Shown here piece after piece: positions 9,267 to 19,081 of a stretch of DNA of 64,000 nt; within the stretch, counting starts at the first letter, position 1; every line of letters starts with the position of its first letter. The translations under genes and the position numbers were made by a program. The stretch lies in the NCBI GenBank assembly GCA_016181005.1, contig JACPAE010000001.1, forward strand, positions 179,885 through 243,884. Reading direction: 5' to 3'. The notes beneath the pieces were generated by a model that was not told the origin of the DNA, searched no databases, and worked only from the letters and a program-made list of their open reading frames with translations. This stretch comes from Candidatus Aenigmatarchaeota archaeon (GTDB lineage: Archaea; Aenigmatarchaeota; Aenigmatarchaeia; CG10238-14; SCSR01).

Positions 9267-10538
9267 TCAGCGTTCAAACTCTGCATACGAAGAACCGAAT
9301 AACCAAGGTCCGCTGCCACAACTGGACAAGTCTTGTTTTTCAATTACCAAACTTGTAGGATTTTTAAGTTGAATTAAAATTACAAATAAGAATCTACTAT
9401 CACTAAATCCATCTCGTGGTTCGTAACAATAAACATTTCCATCTGCATTCACATCTTTAAATTCCCTGTCTACAAAACCTGAATTTTTCGGATTAAAATA
9501 ATAAGTGCCGACTTGTAAATTAGGTACGGACGTTCCAACAGAAAACACTCCTTTCACAGGATTTATATTGTCATGAGCTAAGGCTATATGCGAATCTTCT
9601 GGATAAGTTTCTTTAGTCCCTTTAGCAAACCAAACTCCCTGTGCAGTTCCTTCAACATCTTGATTTACCTCGCCACAAAGAGGTTCGACTATTCTTCTCA
9701 TGTCGCTATTGCCCAAAAGAGAATAAAGATTGGACTTGACATCTGGTATGAAATAATCCAGAGGGCACACACGGTGCAGAGGTTCATCATACCACCTGTT
9801 TCTATTAGCATAGCTAAGCTCTGGAGTTCTCAAATCAGCCAAGCCGAAATCAGAAGATCCACCAACAGTCCCCAGAGGCTCACCAGCTTTTAACAAAATA
9901 GGTGAGGAGAAAAAGCTCTTTTCGCAATTCTTGTAATTTATTCCACCTGTCTCATATTCCTTGCAGTTGCTAGGCTGGCCAAAACTTTGCATTAATTTTT
10001 CAGATAAGGAAGCGAGGTGAATGAAATACCCTTTTACCTCTTCGCAAGCAGAGAAATCCATTTTATAATCAGTTATTCGTTGCCCGTTCATTGTGTATTC
10101 CGAAGAATCAATCCTAGTAACCCAAATGTCTCCTGGTGCGACAATTGATGCGCTGGAACTACTCGACTGGCCTTGAAATCCTTTGAGATGGAAGTAAAGG
10201 TGATTCGTAGGAAATACATGCCCGCTAGGGTTGAAGTTTCCAAGAGGGACAATGTTGTTCAGATTTGATAATGCTATGTGAGGGACAGTGAAAAATTCTT
10301 TATTTGAACCGCATGAAGGTAATCTCTGGAATGGACTTCCAAATCCAGAACCAAAAGGGTTCTCTATTTCTTCTTGCACTTCTGTATAATTTGCTTTTTC
10401 CTCTTCAGTAGAATTATCGGTTTCATTGGTTTTGTTCATCTCGTCTGTGATAGAAGTGCAGCCAGCAAGGAAAACAACAAATATAAGCAATAAATATTTC
10501 ATAAAATTATTTGGTTTTCCGAAAGGTTTAATATGCAT
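9267..10538 (-). CDS. Secreted lipoprotein, unknown function
   Basis: 423 aa. Signal peptide with lipobox LLLIFVVFLAGCTS. Confidence 0.5.
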   Translation of the reverse strand: MHIKPFGKPNNFMKYLLLIFVVFLAGCTSITDEMNKTNETDNSTEEEKANYTEVQEEIENPFGSGFGSPFQRLPSCGSNKEFFTVPHIALSNLNNIVPLGNFNPSGHVFPTNHLYFHLKGFQGQSSSSSASIVAPGDIWVTRIDSSEYTMNGQRITDYKMDFSACEEVKGYFIHLASLSEKLMQSFGQPSNCKEYETGGINYKNCEKSFFSSPILLKAGEPLGTVGGSSDFGLADLRTPELSYANRNRWYDEPLHRVCPLDYFIPDVKSNLYSLLGNSDMRRIVEPLCGEVNQDVEGTAQGVWFAKGTKETYPEDSHIALAHDNINPVKGVFSVGTSVPNLQVGTYYFNPKNSGFVDREFKDVNADGNVYCYEPRDGFSDSRFLFVILIQLKNPTSLVIEKQDLSSCGSGPWLFGSSYAEFER

Positions 10539-10804
10539 AATTCAAATTTAGAATATGCTTTCAAAACAATACATGGCATGGGGAGCAATAGTTGTCAGTG
10601 TCCTCATTACAGCCACGGAGTTTTTGGCTTTGCCGAACTGGCTGAATTACGTATGGGCTCTTCTGGTACTCCTATGGGGTGTACTGGCTTTAACGGGCAA
10701 ATAGAACAAGATGCGATTATGCCTGCAAGGAGAAATAATTATTATGATTTATCAGGTCAGTCGAGTTTCAATGAGCGTATTAAACATCATGGAGAATAGT
10801 CTAA

Positions 10805-11062
10805 ATGCAAAAAGATGCTAAAATTGGGATTATTATATTAGCATTGGCAATAAGTGCTCTCGGATTCGTTTTCTATATGAATGTTTATGAGCCTTTGAAA
10901 TTCTTGGACAACCCTCTTTTCGGAGAAGGTTTAGGAAATCTTTGCGTTAGCGAAGAAAACTGCAGAAATTTTTGTCATACGAATAGAGGGCAGTGTAACG
11001 AATATTGCCAAGAAAATTCTTCGAATGAACTTTGTAATATTTTGTTTGGAGGAAGAGGATGA
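10805..11062 (+). CDS. Small secreted Cys-rich protein
   Basis: 85 aa. N-terminal TM/signal segment, then multiple Cys residues. Confidence 0.3.
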   Translation: MQKDAKIGIIILALAISALGFVFYMNVYEPLKFLDNPLFGEGLGNLCVSEENCRNFCHTNRGQCNEYCQENSSNELCNILFGGRG

Positions 11063-11679
11063 AAGAAGGCAAATTTAATTTGGATAAAATCCTTATCGCC
11101 TCAGGATTTGTTGGAGGAATTATATTTTTTGCAACTATCTACTTCCTACTGCCGTTGTTTTATCCTGAGTTTGATCCTGTGAATCAGACAATAAGTGAGC
11201 TTGGAGACTCTCATAGTCCTGTAAGGATATTTGCAAATGTGTTCGGCTTCAGCATGTTTGGAGTTCTTATCATGCTTTTTGCAGTCGGGATTTTCAGATC
11301 GGACGAAATAAACATGTTAGGTAAAACTGGTGCAGTATTCTTCCTTTTAGCAGGAGCTATGATGTATTTGGTCGGGATTTTTTACAGTAAATCGAACTTT
11401 TCGACAATGGCAACTCTCCACAACATAGTAGCCAACTACCAGTTTCCAATACTTGCTATGGGATTGGTTCTATTCGCCTTAAGTATCGCGTTAAACAAGA
11501 AGCTGAGATGGCTGACCCCAGTTATATTAATTCTGGGAATAGCAACTCTTATTCTGGCATATGTTTTCTTTTTCACGAATGATCTGCAAAATAGGGGAAT
11601 CTGGCAGAGATTTGCTATTGGTATACCTTATATTATTGTGATGATTATTTCAGTGGTGTTGTACAAGGAACGAAATTAG
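11059..11679 (+). CDS. Integral membrane protein
   Basis: 206 aa with about 6 hydrophobic segments. Confidence 0.45.
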   Translation: MKEGKFNLDKILIASGFVGGIIFFATIYFLLPLFYPEFDPVNQTISELGDSHSPVRIFANVFGFSMFGVLIMLFAVGIFRSDEINMLGKTGAVFFLLAGAMMYLVGIFYSKSNFSTMATLHNIVANYQFPILAMGLVLFALSIALNKKLRWLTPVILILGIATLILAYVFFFTNDLQNRGIWQRFAIGIPYIIVMIISVVLYKERN

Positions 11680-11693
11680 GAGTTGCGATAAAT

Positions 11694-12158
11694 ATGAAAC
11701 GAATAAAGCTGGCTATATCCATTTTGATTCCGTTAGCTGTAGGTTTCCTGGGATCATTATTCACAACGCCTTCTATTGGAACATGGTACACAACTATAAA
11801 CAAACCGGCATTCAATCCACCGGACTGGATTTTCTTTCCTGTATGGACGACATTATTCATATTGATGGGGATATCACTCTACCTAGTCTGGGAAAACTCG
11901 ACAAAGAAAAGCGGTAAGAGGTCGTTCTACATATTTGGCATACAGCTAACACTGAATCTTCTATGGTCTATACTGTTCTTCGGCATGCACAAACCGTTGT
12001 ATGCATTAATCGATATAGCAGTTCTATGGGTAGCTATACTTCTAACACTGCTTGAGTTTCGCAAGTTTTCTAAAACAGCTTCACTGTTGCTTCTCCCTTA
12101 CTTGGCTTGGGTAACATTTGCTACAGTGCTAAACTTTTCAATAGTGTTGCTGAATTGA
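11694..12158 (+). CDS. tspO: TspO/MBR tryptophan-rich sensory protein
   Basis: 154 aa. WYTTINKPAFNPPDWIFFPVWTTLF is the classic TspO signature. Confidence 0.8.
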   Translation: MKRIKLAISILIPLAVGFLGSLFTTPSIGTWYTTINKPAFNPPDWIFFPVWTTLFILMGISLYLVWENSTKKSGKRSFYIFGIQLTLNLLWSILFFGMHKPLYALIDIAVLWVAILLTLLEFRKFSKTASLLLLPYLAWVTFATVLNFSIVLLN

Positions 12159-12159
12159 T

Positions 12160-12399
12160 ATGATAATTTCCGTTAAAACCATTCCAAACTCGAAAAGGAT
12201 TGAGGTAAAGAAATTAGGGGAGAATGCTTATTCTGTAAGGCTGGACAAACCTGCCGTAGACGGGAAGGCAAACTCCAGATTGATAGAAGTGCTCTCAGAT
12301 TATTTTAATGTTTCAAAGTCTTCGGTAAATATAGTTAAAGGATTCAGGAGCAGGGAAAAGATTGTAGATATTATTCAGGAGCATAGTTCTCCACGGTAA
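12160..12399 (+). CDS. DUF167/YggU family protein
   Basis: 79 aa. IISVKTIPNSKRIEV...YSVRLDKPAVDGKAN...L matches the DUF167 pattern. Confidence 0.55.
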   Translation: MIISVKTIPNSKRIEVKKLGENAYSVRLDKPAVDGKANSRLIEVLSDYFNVSKSSVNIVKGFRSREKIVDIIQEHSSPR

Positions 12400-12465
12400 T
12401 AGGTAGACCGGTCGATAAGACAGAAGCAATTACAATAGTTTTATTACCCAAAACAATATAGGTGT

Positions 12466-13020
12466 ATGCAAAGCTCTACAATCGAGCAGAAACTGGAGAG
12501 CATGCCGCCGAATTTTCTCGCTTCCTTAATTTGTGGCATAAACGACAAGCCCGAACTGTCCAGAAAACTCCTAAGTTATTTTATGAGGAAAAAAGGTAGC
12601 TCAGGCATTTACTTGACTCTGGACAAGCCTGGCATGACGATAAAAGAAGAGATGATAAGAAACAAAATACCAGTGGAAAACCTTTACTTTGTCGATCTCA
12701 TATCTGAGGCGTCAGGTGCAGGTATCCAGCGCGACAACATTCTTTTCTCCAACTCGCCTTCAAACCTCACTGAAATAAGCATTATAATAAGCGGTGCCAT
12801 TAAGAACATGAAAGCTGAGAACAAGTTTCTAATCTTCGATACGTTGTCCACGTTGTTCAGCTACAATCCGCAACCTTTGGCTTTAAAATTCACCCATTTT
12901 ATGTCGACAATGATAAAGAATCTCAATGTATCAGGCGTCTTTATCATAATAAGAAACCAATTGGATGAAAGAGCAGTGTCGTTTATTTCAGGATTTGTCG
13001 ACGAAACAATAGAGATATGA
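12466..13020 (+). CDS. Hypothetical; degenerate RecA/KaiC-like (DUF835-like) domain
   Basis: 184 aa. GSSGIYLTLDKPG resembles a P-loop region but lacks GKT. Confidence 0.3.
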   Translation: MQSSTIEQKLESMPPNFLASLICGINDKPELSRKLLSYFMRKKGSSGIYLTLDKPGMTIKEEMIRNKIPVENLYFVDLISEASGAGIQRDNILFSNSPSNLTEISIIISGAIKNMKAENKFLIFDTLSTLFSYNPQPLALKFTHFMSTMIKNLNVSGVFIIIRNQLDERAVSFISGFVDETIEI

Positions 13021-13024
13021 TGTT

Positions 13025-13330
13025 ATGGCACATTTGGGCTTTGAAATCGGCGAAGTTTTTTCTTTATTCATAATTTTAGTAGGCTATGTAATTATTATCA
13101 TAGAGTTTGTAAATCATAAAAACCTGTTGCATTTGTTTTTAGCATATACATTTCTTTTAGTTGGATCAATAGCAACAGTTGTAGAAAGTTTTTATCTCGC
13201 GGATATTATGAATCTAGTTGAGCATGTTATCGGAATGGCGGCAGCGGGTATCGCATTCGGCATCACATCGTTTTTAGCATATAGAAAAATAACTGCTCTT
13301 GACAGTGGGATAAAAAGAAAGTTGAGATGA
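13025..13330 (+). CDS. Small membrane protein
   Basis: 101 aa with three hydrophobic helices. Confidence 0.35.
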   Translation: MAHLGFEIGEVFSLFIILVGYVIIIIEFVNHKNLLHLFLAYTFLLVGSIATVVESFYLADIMNLVEHVIGMAAAGIAFGITSFLAYRKITALDSGIKRKLR

Positions 13331-13334
13331 GAAA

Positions 13335-13655
13335 ATGGCAAATACACTGATAGTGTTATTGGACTTCATAGGATTTTTAGGTTTTACTGTAGCTTTTGTA
13401 TATTCGCTTAAAAACTTCCAAAAGACAAGGCACATCTCAGTAACATGGCTGCCATTTACTTTAGGCATGGCGTTTTTGGCAGCATTTTTATTCTCTAACA
13501 TCTTAGAATGGTCAGATTTCCATTTAGAAGTTTTAGACATACATCCGCAAACTCTGGACGAGATAGAAAATTCAATTTTGGTTGCTGCAATAGTCAGCAT
13601 TTTCACCTCAGTTCTGGTAACCCGCGAAGAATTTCTTAAGCCAGTATCAAGGTGA
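13335..13655 (+). CDS. Small membrane protein
   Basis: 106 aa with three hydrophobic helices. Confidence 0.35.
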   Translation: MANTLIVLLDFIGFLGFTVAFVYSLKNFQKTRHISVTWLPFTLGMAFLAAFLFSNILEWSDFHLEVLDIHPQTLDEIENSILVAAIVSIFTSVLVTREEFLKPVSR

Positions 13656-13722
13656 AATACTGCATTTATTTCTTACGTTTTGAAATGTAATACTTAAATA
13701 TTAGTAATACTAAATAGTTTGT

Positions 13723-13980
13723 ATGAAGGTAGAGAGGATAGAGTACCTAACTAGAGTAGGGCCTAAAGGTCAAATGATGTTGAAAAAAAACGTAAGGGAG
13801 ACACTTCACATAAAGCCTGGTTCTTTGGTTAGAGTTCTCGCTACAAAAAGCGAAGGCAAATTTCAACCAGTAAGTAAAGAAGACATGATAGCAGAAGTTG
13901 AAAGAATAGCAAAACTAGCTGGAAAACATTGGCCTAAAGGCAAAACATCAGTTGATTTAGTTAGAGAAGAAAGGCGGTAA
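13723..13980 (+). CDS. vapB: AbrB/SpoVT-type antitoxin (VapB-like)
   Basis: 85 aa. Swapped-hairpin-like N-terminus. Sits 1 nt upstream of a PIN-domain gene. Confidence 0.7.
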   Translation: MKVERIEYLTRVGPKGQMMLKKNVRETLHIKPGSLVRVLATKSEGKFQPVSKEDMIAEVERIAKLAGKHWPKGKTSVDLVREERR

Positions 13981-13981
13981 A

Positions 13982-14395
13982 GTGAGAGTTGTAGTTGATA
14001 CTACTGTTTTGGTTAGTGTATTTTCGGACAAAGATAAATTCCATAAAGACGGAATCAGACTTTACTCGGATATTCTAGACAGGAAAATAGAACCTATTAT
14101 ACCAACTTTAGCTTTCCCAGAAACCTGTGGTGTTATTAGAAGAATATTAGGCGAACATATTGCAATTATGGTAGAAGACCAGTTGAATTTGCTTGTAGAT
14201 AATGAAGTGCTTAAAGCAGAAGAATTGACAATCAAAAGAATGAAAAGCTCGGTTGAAAGCGCCATAAGATATAGTGTTAGAGGCGGTGACGCAGTATTCA
14301 TTTCTTTAACAGAGGAATTTGATGCGAAACTTGCAACTTTCGATGAGGAATTAAAAAAGAAAATAAAGGGCAGAGTAAAGTTATTCAAAATATAA
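13982..14395 (+). CDS. vapC: PIN-domain toxin VapC
   Basis: 137 aa. N-terminal VVDTTVLV and conserved acidic residues of a PIN domain. Confidence 0.8.
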   Translation: MRVVVDTTVLVSVFSDKDKFHKDGIRLYSDILDRKIEPIIPTLAFPETCGVIRRILGEHIAIMVEDQLNLLVDNEVLKAEELTIKRMKSSVESAIRYSVRGGDAVFISLTEEFDAKLATFDEELKKKIKGRVKLFKI

Positions 14396-14498
14396 TAGCT
14401 GTGAAAAATAGGTGAGGAAAGAATATTTTTTGTTTCAATACAATTTTAGAAAGTGAGAGTTCGTGATGTGAAATACGGCGAAATCAAAATAAGACCAG

Positions 14499-14825
14499 TC
14501 ATTTAGTTAAGATTGCTTTTGGTTTTGCTATCCGCTCTGCGTATTCATTCGCTAGGGCAAGTTCCAAGTCTAGCAAACGTCTTACAAATGTATTCTCCTT
14601 GTCAATAGTATACAATTGCGTCTTTCCATATTTTCTAGTTGATTTAAGAATTCTGAACTTGACAAAGTCTTTCCATATATTGAAAAAAGTTGTCTTGGAT
14701 ATACCTGAACCCTCGATTATTTCCTTCTTGGAATAGTCAAATGGCATATTGTCTATCAGAAAATCTATTACTCTAAGCTTAGGAGTGTTGCCAACATATT
14801 GTATTAAAATCGACTCGTCTTTCAT
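14499..14825 (-). CDS. Winged-helix transcriptional regulator
   Basis: 108 aa. KKEIIEGSGISKTTFFNIWKDF looks like an HTH. Confidence 0.5.
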   Translation of the reverse strand: MKDESILIQYVGNTPKLRVIDFLIDNMPFDYSKKEIIEGSGISKTTFFNIWKDFVKFRILKSTRKYGKTQLYTIDKENTFVRRLLDLELALANEYAERIAKPKAILTK

Positions 14826-14895
14826 TTTGCATCATAGATACTATCTAGTATCAAGTATTTAAATATAGCCTTTCAAAGGTATTAAAAGTGAACTT

Positions 14896-15171
14896 ATGAG
14901 TTTCGATGAGGAAATACAAGCTGTTATTATCCACCAATTATTTAGAAAGCAAAAGTGGATGGCCAACCACATAGCATATGATAAAATTAAGAAATGGGTT
15001 GTGGCTGGTTTAAGAGGCAAGAACGGAAAAGAAACCGATCATGGCCTGAAGCAACTAATCAAAGAAAATCTAATTATACCCAAGCCTACAAATTATGGAC
15101 TGCAAATCAGTTTGAACATAGAATTTAAAGAGGAAATAGATAGGAGGATGAAGAAATTCTACGATGTTTAG
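14896..15171 (+). CDS. Hypothetical protein
   Basis: 91-aa ORF. AAAAGTGAAC motif lies 10 nt upstream. Confidence 0.35.
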   Translation: MSFDEEIQAVIIHQLFRKQKWMANHIAYDKIKKWVVAGLRGKNGKETDHGLKQLIKENLIIPKPTNYGLQISLNIEFKEEIDRRMKKFYDV

Positions 15172-15235
15172 AACTAACTCATGTTTCTTATAAAAAGTGA
15201 GAGTTGGAGAGATTTAAAGATTATTATTTATTTAA

Positions 15236-15793
15236 TTGTTTATGTCTACAAAGAGCGAACAACCATCTAAATTACTTGAACAAATGAAACAAGAATTGTA
15301 TAGAGTGATTGGCAACTACGCAGACAGATTAAATGTTAACAGGTTAAGGTCATATATAGATGCTTTTTCAATTCCCCAAACAACTTCATCCCAAATTTTA
15401 TTGTCAAAACTACAGGAACTAAAAAGAGGCCCTTATCTTACCCCAGAAGTTTTTAGACAATTTCGTCAAGAATTTCCGCCAGAAACGTCACCTGATTTTC
15501 ATGGGAGGTATGGAATTCTAACGTCTTTCGAGCATAGCATCGAAAGGTATGGTGAAGATGCATTAGCACATCTTATTTTATCATCACGGTCGTATCATGC
15601 TCTTTTGAGATCTGGGATTGAAACTATAAGTGAATTAAGAACATTTATTGAGACCCCACCACCTTACTACACCGAAGATTACAGAAAGGCAGGAATGCAT
15701 CCACTTAAGATTATACGTAACATAGGTGAAAAAGGAGCCTCCGAAATCCAAAGAGCATTAGAAGGATTTGATAATTTAAGAGCAAGGAAATGA
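15236..15793 (+). CDS. Hypothetical protein with C-terminal helix-hairpin-helix DNA-binding motif
   Basis: 185 aa. SYHALLRSGIETISEL...LKIIRNIGEKGASEIQRAL is HhH-like. AAAGTGAGAGTT lies 30 nt upstream. Confidence 0.4.
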   Translation: MFMSTKSEQPSKLLEQMKQELYRVIGNYADRLNVNRLRSYIDAFSIPQTTSSQILLSKLQELKRGPYLTPEVFRQFRQEFPPETSPDFHGRYGILTSFEHSIERYGEDALAHLILSSRSYHALLRSGIETISELRTFIETPPPYYTEDYRKAGMHPLKIIRNIGEKGASEIQRALEGFDNLRARK

Positions 15794-15896
15794 ACTCCCT
15801 CCGAAAGACAGGTATATCGGAGATTGTTTTCATGTTGTTACTCATATGTAGTGAGGAATAGAAAAGCTTAAATATAACTGAATACTCTATAAAGAT

Positions 15897-16184
15897 ATGC
15901 CTCAAGAAGTTAGAAGTGAATTGCAGTTACAACTGGAAAGTAGGGGTTACGAATTTTTAACTAATGTGAATCCTATGATTGAGACTGGAATACCACAAAG
16001 AGCCGACCCTAAAACAGGAATGCTATATTTTGATCGTGTATTGCGCATGTATCCAGCTACTGATACAGAAATAGCTAATAGATATTCTCATTTTGAAAAT
16101 ATTTTAGTTACAGACGCCTATGACATACACGGGAATCCTATTCCTGATTTCCGAGCTGTTTATGTAAGACGTCAACAAAAATAA
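15897..16184 (+). CDS. Hypothetical protein
   Basis: 95-aa ORF. Confidence 0.3.
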   Translation: MPQEVRSELQLQLESRGYEFLTNVNPMIETGIPQRADPKTGMLYFDRVLRMYPATDTEIANRYSHFENILVTDAYDIHGNPIPDFRAVYVRRQQK

Positions 16185-16469
16185 GTCCTAAACACGTTTA
16201 AAAACTGAGAAATAACTATTATTATCTACGATGTTGTGGTGCAGAATATATGTTGGTGTGAGTTATTCTAACGAGTAAGTGCATACACAACTGCACCGTA
16301 AATAGCTAAATGGTAAGAGACAAATCTAAGTGCTTTCAAGACTTCGTTAGTGGTCATTTCTTCCAAACTTTGTCTATAAGGTACATTTCTAGCATTATTT
16401 ATAAGCAGTCCAGCTAGAGGTATAAAATCCTGAATTTTGTAGTTTCTTCTTAAATCGTAGGACATATGA

Positions 16470-16945
16470 CATAATTCATCTATTAAATATTAAAGATTAG
16501 TATATCATATCCTTCATCACATATTTTCGTGAGTATAATAATTTGCAAATTTCTCATTATCTAGCAGATTCTAAATCGGTAAAATAAGCCGAAATGACGT
16601 AAAATCAGCCTTTTTTAACCTATTAAATACGATAATAAAACATATACTATATTATATATGAAAGAGTGACTAATAAATTTTGCCAAAAATGAGAGAAATC
16701 AAGTATATATTATAAAATATAATAGGGAAAATAGATATTGGTGAGACTTTATCGGTAAGTGAGGGTTAATATAATTAAGAATAAAACATATGTTGTAAAA
16801 TATAAATAGATAGAGATGGACTGTATTATATATTTAAGTGAGGATATGTTTTTGAAGGTAAAACTTTTATCTCTATAACGCCAAAGTGAGAGTTAACCGA
16901 AAAGTATAAAAGTGAGAAAAGCCATATAATAGTATAGAGTGAGAT
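16470..16945. promoter_or_regulatory. AT-rich non-coding region with at least 6 copies of an AAGTGAG(A/G) motif. Candidate promoter or origin-like region.
   Basis: GGTGAGACT at 16740; AAGTGAGGGTT at 16758; AAGTGAGGAT at 16836; AAAGTGAGAGTT at 16883-16894; AAAGTGAGAAAAG at 16908; AGAGTGAGATC at 16935. Confidence 0.5.
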
Positions 16946-16946
16946 C

Positions 16947-17576
16947 ATGTTTGGATGGGTAAAAAGGCTATTCAAGCGAAGCGAAGCGCTTCAAAGCGCT
17001 TCAAGCGATTTAACATCGCTTCAAAGCGATACTCAAGCGCTTGAAAATCAATCGCTTCAAAGCGCTTCAAATATTTCGGATATAGATCAAACGGAATCTA
17101 GACCTCTCGAAATTGAAAAAGGTTCCTTACATCTCGGTATTGCGGCTGGCTATACAGGCCGAGTTTTAAGGGATATTGAGGCTTCTTTACTTCGAATTGA
17201 AGCTCAAATGGTCACAAAAGACTGGATGACGCTTCAAGTAAAGGACGATATTGATAAACGTTTAGAAACAATCCAAGAGGCTTTGTACGGGATATCAGGA
17301 ATTGCTAAAACTCTACCTCCATCTGAACAAGCTAAAATAATGGATAAAATACAGTCAATCGAGTCTAATTTACCCCTAACACCACAGATGCAAAGGATAA
17401 TGGCTGTATTGGAATTAAATAAGGAAATCTCTTATGATGAGCTTGCTGCTAAATTAGGCATTCAAGTATCTGCTCTGAGGGGGTTACTCTCTCAAATGGC
17501 CAAAAGAACCCAAAGAATCGTTAGAACAGAAAAAGAAGGCAAAGGATGGGTTAAAATCAGTGAAACGACGCTTTAA
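16947..17576 (+). CDS. Repeat-containing protein with C-terminal winged-helix DNA-binding domain
   Basis: 209 aa. N-terminal LQSAS-type repeats, central coiled coil, C-terminal wHTH (LELNKEISYDELAAKLGIQVSALRGLLSQMAK). Confidence 0.5.
   Translation: MFGWVKRLFKRSEALQSASSDLTSLQSDTQALENQSLQSASNISDIDQTESRPLEIEKGSLHLGIAAGYTGRVLRDIEASLLRIEAQMVTKDWMTLQVKDDIDKRLETIQEALYGISGIAKTLPPSEQAKIMDKIQSIESNLPLTPQMQRIMAVLELNKEISYDELAAKLGIQVSALRGLLSQMAKRTQRIVRTEKEGKGWVKISETTL
16975..17075. repeat. Iteron-like direct repeats of CGCTTCAA(A)GCG, about 8 copies, including the perfect palindrome TCAAGCGCTTGA
   Basis: Region reads ttcaagcgaagcgaagcgcttcaaagcgcttcaagcgatttaacatcgcttcaaagcgatactcaagcgcttgaaaatcaatcgcttcaaagcgcttcaaat. 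A related CGCTTTAAAT x2 lies just after the stop at 17572-17595. Confidence 0.6.
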
Positions 17577-17647
17577 ATCGCTTTAAATCGAGCGATGTGG
17601 AAATGTACTCCTTCGAAAGCTAGATATTCTTAAATAAATGAATTTCA

Positions 17648-18232
17648 GTGGTATTTATGTCAGAAGGTGAAATGGTAGAAATAGTGAAGGAATTAGCTAA
17701 ATTTGATGATTTCAAGATGCTTAAGGAGCCATTAGTGCTTTCTCCCGATATGGTTATAGAATGGGATGGAAAGAGAATAGGGATGGAATTCAAACAAGGT
17801 TTATACTCTTCTGATATAGCTGCTGGTATAGGCCAATTGTTGTTGGGTAAGGTGGTTTTTGCTCTACATGAAATGTGGTTAGTCTTTCCGAAGGCTCAAG
17901 TTCCTAAAAGATTATCCCTAAGTTGGTATGAGACAATGACAACTGTCGGAATAAAACCTTATTGGCTGGATGTCACAGGATTTACCAGAATTGATTATAA
18001 GGATTGTGCAAAATTAACTAAGATGGATGATATAAGATATCAGTGGCCAATGAGATACATTAATATACCTTCTTACCAGAAAGAAAAGGCAAAAGAAGCG
18101 GAACTAGTTAGTGCTCCACTTCAATCTGCAATGAGGACATACCTCGATTTTATCGAAAACACCAGCTCTAACGAAAGTATGGCATTTCCTGCAAGGTACG
18201 TTGACCTTACCAATGAATGGACTAAACTTTGA
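17648..18232 (+). CDS. Hypothetical protein
   Basis: 194-aa ORF. Confidence 0.35.
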   Translation: MVFMSEGEMVEIVKELAKFDDFKMLKEPLVLSPDMVIEWDGKRIGMEFKQGLYSSDIAAGIGQLLLGKVVFALHEMWLVFPKAQVPKRLSLSWYETMTTVGIKPYWLDVTGFTRIDYKDCAKLTKMDDIRYQWPMRYINIPSYQKEKAKEAELVSAPLQSAMRTYLDFIENTSSNESMAFPARYVDLTNEWTKL

Positions 18233-18325
18233 CATATTACACCCCTCGGAGTTAGACCGATCTAAACCGAAATATATATTATAGCTTTCCTAGTATATAA
18301 GTGTTTGACTTTTCTAGGAGATAAA

Positions 18326-18667
18326 TTATAGGGAATTCCTTACTGACTCTATCTTCTGCTTAACCGACAAATAGCGCAAGATTGTCCTTATGCTCTCCCC
18401 AGGCTTGATTCTGACCATTTTTATCTTCATGAAAGGCGGGACGCCCTCTTGAACTTCTACGGTCTGCCTTAGGTACTTGTCGATAAGGCGAGAGACTGTC
18501 TTGTGGTCCATTCTGCATCTTCTTCCAATCTCCCTGTACCACAACCAAGTGTCTTTTGCCTCCTGCAGGCATTTAACGATTTTAACTACGTTTTTAAGCT
18601 CGTCTCGGCGTATTTTACCCTCTTTCTTATCTTCAATGCTCATGTTTATCTCCTGGAAACTGAACAA
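18326..18667 (-). CDS. Winged-helix transcriptional regulator
   Basis: 113 aa. WLWYREIGRRCRMDHKTVSRLIDKYL looks like an HTH. Confidence 0.45.
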   Translation of the reverse strand: MFSFQEINMSIEDKKEGKIRRDELKNVVKIVKCLQEAKDTWLWYREIGRRCRMDHKTVSRLIDKYLRQTVEVQEGVPPFMKIKMVRIKPGESIRTILRYLSVKQKIESVRNSL

Positions 18668-18805
18668 CTAACAAACCCTCTCCCCAGTTGGGGTATTTTC
18701 TTACTGTAATTAGAATTTACTGATAGATAAAGCTTAGAACTTGTATTCTTCAAGCCTGTAAAGTTTTGTAGCAGTGCTGCGTAATGCAAATAACATCTAT
18801 CTGGC

Positions 18806-19081
18806 TCAGTTTGACTTTACCACACATCTATGCAGATTCCCAGTCGTAAACCTCCTCTCACGCCCGTTTTTCCCAGCCGTATAGTTCATTGCTAACTCTT
18901 TTATTATCCTATAGACATCTTGCCGGGCATGCCCATTCTCTGAATCTAAACGCAAAGACAGTTCTATGTAACTTTGACTCAAGCTAAACCCGTCAACGAA
19001 TTCAGTTTTGTAGTCACTTACTTTCAAACCGTGTTCATTAAATATACTTTTCGCTGTCGCATGAAATCTAGGTATTGACAT
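18806..19081 (-). CDS. Hypothetical protein
   Basis: 91-aa ORF. Confidence 0.3.
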   Translation of the reverse strand: MSIPRFHATAKSIFNEHGLKVSDYKTEFVDGFSLSQSYIELSLRLDSENGHARQDVYRIIKELAMNYTAGKNGRERRFTTGNLHRCVVKSN

